This document shows positions 60,567 to 64,000 of a stretch of DNA of 64,000 bases, in pieces. The notes under the pieces are model-generated. The model did not search any database. It saw nothing but the letters and a program-made list of their open reading frames with translations, and was not told the DNA's origin. This DNA comes from Salinivirgaceae bacterium. GTDB taxonomy: Bacteria; Bacteroidota; Bacteroidia; Bacteroidales; SZUA-534. How positions within the stretch are numbered: position 1 is the first letter of the stretch; every line of letters starts with the position of its first letter. The position numbers and the translations under genes are program-made. Where the stretch lies: NCBI GenBank assembly GCA_027858735.1, contig JAQICC010000146.1, positions 505 to 64,504 on the forward strand. The letters run 5' to 3'.

Positions 60567-60884
60567 TTAAAGTAGCTTATTTACTTTCTCAGCTAAAGCA
60601 GCTTTTGCAACCACCCCAACTTGTTTATCAACAACTTCACCACCTTTAAAAAATAAAAGTGTAGGAATATTACGTATGCCATATTTCATAGCTGTACCTG
60701 AGTTATTGTCAACATCAACCTTTACCATTTTAGCTTTTCCTTCAAATTCGGTTGAAAGTTCATCAACAATTGGAGCAATCATTTTACATGGTCCACACCA
60801 TTCTGCCCAAAAATCAACCAAAACTGGAACATCTGATTTTAATACTACTTCTTCAAAATCTGCATCAGTTACGTGAATTGCCAT
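60567..60884 (-). CDS. trxA: Thioredoxin
   Basis: 105 aa with the WAEWCGPCK active site. Confidence 0.95.
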   Translation of the reverse strand: MAIHVTDADFEEVVLKSDVPVLVDFWAEWCGPCKMIAPIVDELSTEFEGKAKMVKVDVDNNSGTAMKYGIRNIPTLLFFKGGEVVDKQVGVVAKAALAEKVNKLL

Positions 60885-61032
60885 ATCATTTAATTTTATT
60901 AGTTTTTATTTCGGTTCGAGATAAATACAAATATATAGGAATAAATGTTTGAATAATTATTTATTTAACTATTTATTTACCTGAATTATTAATAACCTGA
61001 GTTCAATATAAAATACCTAACTCCGTTTAATA

Positions 61033-64000
61033 TTATTCTAATTTATATTCAACACCTGGTTGGCTTTCAATAAAATTCAATAAATCATTGTTTATATCCA
61101 CAGTATGAGTACGTGAAAACATTTGCATCCAGGTTGTTTTCCCATCTTCATTTTGTTTAGGATCAAAGATTATAAATTTCAATAAGGCATTTCCTTTATT
61201 TTCTTCCGCCTTAGCCAATAAATCATTGATAAATTTTTGCGTTATATCATTAACTGAAATTTTCATTGTCACCCCTTTTATAAGCTTCTCTCTAACATCA
61301 ACAAGCATCTCAATAGATGAAATTTTAAACTCCAGTTCATCTCCTCTCCAACCTTTCTGAATTTTGCCTTTTAAATACAATGAATATCCTTCAGTACAAT
61401 AATTCTTAAACTGCAGGTAATCTTTCCCAAAGAAAACGGTTTCATAGGTACCGGTATCATCCTCTAGCGTAAACCCTCCAAACGGTTTCCCAGTTTTTGT
61501 CATGGCCGATCTTACACCCGTTACAATTGCCCCTAGCGTAACTTCCTTACCTTCAATACTTGCCATGTCAGAAAATTCCGATAAGGTAGTGTTACAAAAA
61601 TTGTCAATTTCCAGTCTGAAGGTATCCAATGGGTGTGCCGAAAGATAAATCCCAACAAGTTCTTTCTCACGATTTAGCTGCTCAAGATTACTCCAGGGTT
61701 CACAACTCAGTAATTTTGGACGTGCAACTTCAACCTCATCTGCAATATTTGCAAATAATGAAGTTTGATTCTGCTCTTTATCGCTTTTTATAAGGTTGCC
61801 ATATTTTAATAAACTATCAATAAAGGTTTCGTTATTTTCGTTCTTCTCAAAAAACTGACTTCTGAATTCAACCTCATCAAATCCATCAAATCCACCTGCC
61901 TGAGCTAACGACTCAGCAGCTCTTCTATTTACAGCTCTCAAATCAACTCGCTCCACAAAATCCCAAACATCTTTATAAGGACCATTTGTTTCTCGTTCTT
62001 CAATAATATTTTCAACTGCGCCCTCACCTACATTTTTTATGGCAGCCATGCCAAAACGAATATCGCCTGCTTTATCTACGGTAAATTTTTTATAGCTCAT
62101 ATTAACATCGGGGCCATACACCTTAAGTCCCATACGTTTACATTCGCTCATAAGCTTTGTAACTTCCTCCATGTTTGAAAGGTTACGGCTAAGGTTGGCA
62201 GACATAAATTCTGCGGGAAAATGCGCTTTCAGGTAACCGGTTTGATAAGCTATATATGCATAACAAACGGAGTGCGATTTATTAAAAGCGTAGGCGGCAA
62301 ATGCCTCCCAGTCTTTCCATATTTTTTCAACTACTTCTTCTGGTTTCTTTTTAGCATCTTCTGCTCCTTTTACAAATTCAGGATTATTGGCACAACCGTC
62401 GACAAACTTTACTTTCAATTTATCCATCATGGCAATAATCTTCTTACCCATTGCCTTACGCAGAGTATCAGAATCACCACGAGTAAATCCTCCCAATGCC
62501 CGAGACTGAAGCATGACCTGTTCCTGATACACCGTAATACCATAGGTATCTTTTAGGTAAGGCTCCATGAGTGGGTTATCATACTCCACCCTCTCTCTAC
62601 CATGCTTACGCTCAATAAACGAGGGAATATACTCCATGGGTCCAGGTCGGTACAAAGCATTCATGGCTACCAAATCATCAAACCTATCAGGTTTAAGGTT
62701 TTGAAGATGTTTTTTCATACCAGGACTTTCAAACTGAAAGATGGCAGTTGTTTCACCATTTGCAAATAATTGATAAGCCTTTTCGTCCTCAAAGGATATT
62801 TTATCAATATCAATATCGTGCCCTTTTGATAGTTTTATATTTGCTAAACATTCCTTAATAATGGATAGTGTTTTAAGGCCTAAAAAGTCCATTTTTAGCA
62901 GACCTATATCTTCAACAAAACGCCCATCGTACTGTGTCACCATAAGACCAACCTTGCCAGGAATCTTTTCTTTAGTTGGCATAATTGGTACGTGCTCATC
63001 CAAAGGGTCGCGGCCTATTAAAATACCACAAGCATGCACTCCCGTTTGCCGAACCGAACCTTCAAGCTTTTCAGCATTTAGCAAGGTTTTCTTAAGCAAC
63101 TCATTTGGGCTTTCATCGCGCTCCAAACAAAGCTCTTGACTTTCCTTATACGCTTTCTTAAATGTCATACCTGGAGCTTCAGGTACCATTTTTGCAAGTC
63201 TATTGGCTTCATCTAATGGCAGTTTCAATACTCTCGAAACATCTTTTATAGATGATTTGGTTGCCATAGTTCCAAAAGTACAAATGTGAGCAACTTTGTC
63301 TCTACCATATTTTTCAGTAACCCAATCTAGTACCCACTGTCTGCCGTCATCATCAAAATCAATATCAACATCGGGCATTGACACGCGATCAGGATTCAAG
63401 AAACGTTCAAATAGTAAATCGTACTTTATTGGATCGACATTAGTAATACCAACACTGTAAGCCACGACAGACCCAGCTGCAGATCCACGACCTGGCCCAA
63501 CTAATACTCCGTTGTTTTTTGCCGCATTAATAAAATCCTGTGTAATAAGGAAATATCCTGGAAAACCCATGGTTTTGATCGTATCCAGCTCAAAATCAAT
63601 ACGCTCAACAACACTTGCATCAAGCGGATCGCCAAATCGTTCTTTGGCACCTTGATACGTTAAATATTCTAAATAATTAGACTCTAATTTAACTTGTAAA
63701 ACACTATTATAGCCTCCAAGTCTATTAAAGGCCTTTTGAGTAAATTCCTCAATGAGTTGTTCCTCCGAATATTTTTCTTTGTAATCTGTAATAGTGCCAA
63801 AATCAGCCGGAATAGTAAACTCAGGCATGATTGGATCTGAATTTAGCTCATAAGCTTCAATTTTTTCGGCTAATGCTTCTGTATTTAGTAAAGCTTCGGG
63901 AACGTCTGCAAACAAAAGGTTCATTTCTGCAGTGGTTTTAAACCACTCCTGTCTGGTATATCGCATACGGGTTTGATCATCAAAATCTCTACCCGTACTT
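61033..64000 (-). CDS. dnaE: DNA polymerase III alpha subunit, N-terminal part outside the window
   Basis: Palm/fingers motifs (GPGRGSAAGSVVAYSVGIT, PDVDIDF), HhH and OB-fold regions. The frame stays open through nt 64000 (upstream codons STGRDFDDQTR have no stop), so the Met at 63966 is internal. Confidence 0.93.
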   Translation of the reverse strand, partial: STGRDFDDQTRMRYTRQEWFKTTAEMNLLFADVPEALLNTEALAEKIEAYELNSDPIMPEFTIPADFGTITDYKEKYSEEQLIEEFTQKAFNRLGGYNSVLQVKLESNYLEYLTYQGAKERFGDPLDASVVERIDFELDTIKTMGFPGYFLITQDFINAAKNNGVLVGPGRGSAAGSVVAYSVGITNVDPIKYDLLFERFLNPDRVSMPDVDIDFDDDGRQWVLDWVTEKYGRDKVAHICTFGTMATKSSIKDVSRVLKLPLDEANRLAKMVPEAPGMTFKKAYKESQELCLERDESPNELLKKTLLNAEKLEGSVRQTGVHACGILIGRDPLDEHVPIMPTKEKIPGKVGLMVTQYDGRFVEDIGLLKMDFLGLKTLSIIKECLANIKLSKGHDIDIDKISFEDEKAYQLFANGETTAIFQFESPGMKKHLQNLKPDRFDDLVAMNALYRPGPMEYIPSFIERKHGRERVEYDNPLMEPYLKDTYGITVYQEQVMLQSRALGGFTRGDSDTLRKAMGKKIIAMMDKLKVKFVDGCANNPEFVKGAEDAKKKPEEVVEKIWKDWEAFAAYAFNKSHSVCYAYIAYQTGYLKAHFPAEFMSANLSRNLSNMEEVTKLMSECKRMGLKVYGPDVNMSYKKFTVDKAGDIRFGMAAIKNVGEGAVENIIEERETNGPYKDVWDFVERVDLRAVNRRAAESLAQAGGFDGFDEVEFRSQFFEKNENNETFIDSLLKYGNLIKSDKEQNQTSLFANIADEVEVARPKLLSCEPWSNLEQLNREKELVGIYLSAHPLDTFRLEIDNFCNTTLSEFSDMASIEGKEVTLGAIVTGVRSAMTKTGKPFGGFTLEDDTGTYETVFFGKDYLQFKNYCTEGYSLYLKGKIQKGWRGDELEFKISSIEMLVDVREKLIKGVTMKISVNDITQKFINDLLAKAEENKGNALLKFIIFDPKQNEDGKTTWMQMFSRTHTVDINNDLLNFIESQPGVEYKLE

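Noticed and set aside
1-64000. Search by eye for canonical defence or mobile systems: restriction-modification, CRISPR-Cas, toxin-antitoxin, CBASS, retrons, Abi, integrases or prophage genes.
   Set aside because: No methyltransferase, nuclease-helicase, cyclase, reverse transcriptase, integrase or phage structural signatures were recognised. Apart from the partial IS at the 5' edge, the window looks like core chromosome plus a carbohydrate locus.

Overview
AT-rich chromosomal segment with the hallmarks of a Bacteroidota genome: a SusC/SusD pair, two proteins ending in T9SS (Por) C-terminal sorting domains, TAnnTTTG -7 boxes upstream of several starts, and no Shine-Dalgarno sequences. Most of the window is housekeeping, with about 50 real CDS at high coding density. 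These include tex, prfC, der-era, glmM-ruvX-def, comEC, trkAH, sfsA, rsmI, tdk, trxA and a 5'-truncated dnaE. I found no rRNA, tRNA or CRISPR array. The 5' edge carries a partial IS transposase next to what looks like a headless gene fragment. The main accessory block (about 30.3-50.3 kb) is a starch/maltodextrin utilization locus. One arm is susC-susD plus a T9SS-secreted GH13. The divergent arm is a LacI regulator, an MFS transporter, pgmB, a GH65 maltose phosphorylase and two more GH13 enzymes. I did not recognise any canonical defence, toxin-antitoxin or prophage system. The best candidates for something undescribed are these: (1) an 854-aa T9SS-secreted CotH-kinase-like protein with a lamin-tail domain and a CBM48-like GSFNNW module, directly downstream of the starch PUL; (2) an orphan, translationally coupled SiaB-like kinase / SiaC-like (DUF1987) pair with no phosphatase or output gene nearby; (3) a 548-bp era/DUF4407 intergenic region with mirror-image promoter modules flanking a G-depleted spacer; (4) a TPR sensor kinase whose H-box histidine appears replaced; (5) tandem YfiR/DUF4154 paralogs, one frameshifted in a homopolymer; (6) a shared CG-centred operator-like motif in front of both arms of the starch locus. 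All family calls come from motif recognition by eye and need HMM or BLAST confirmation.
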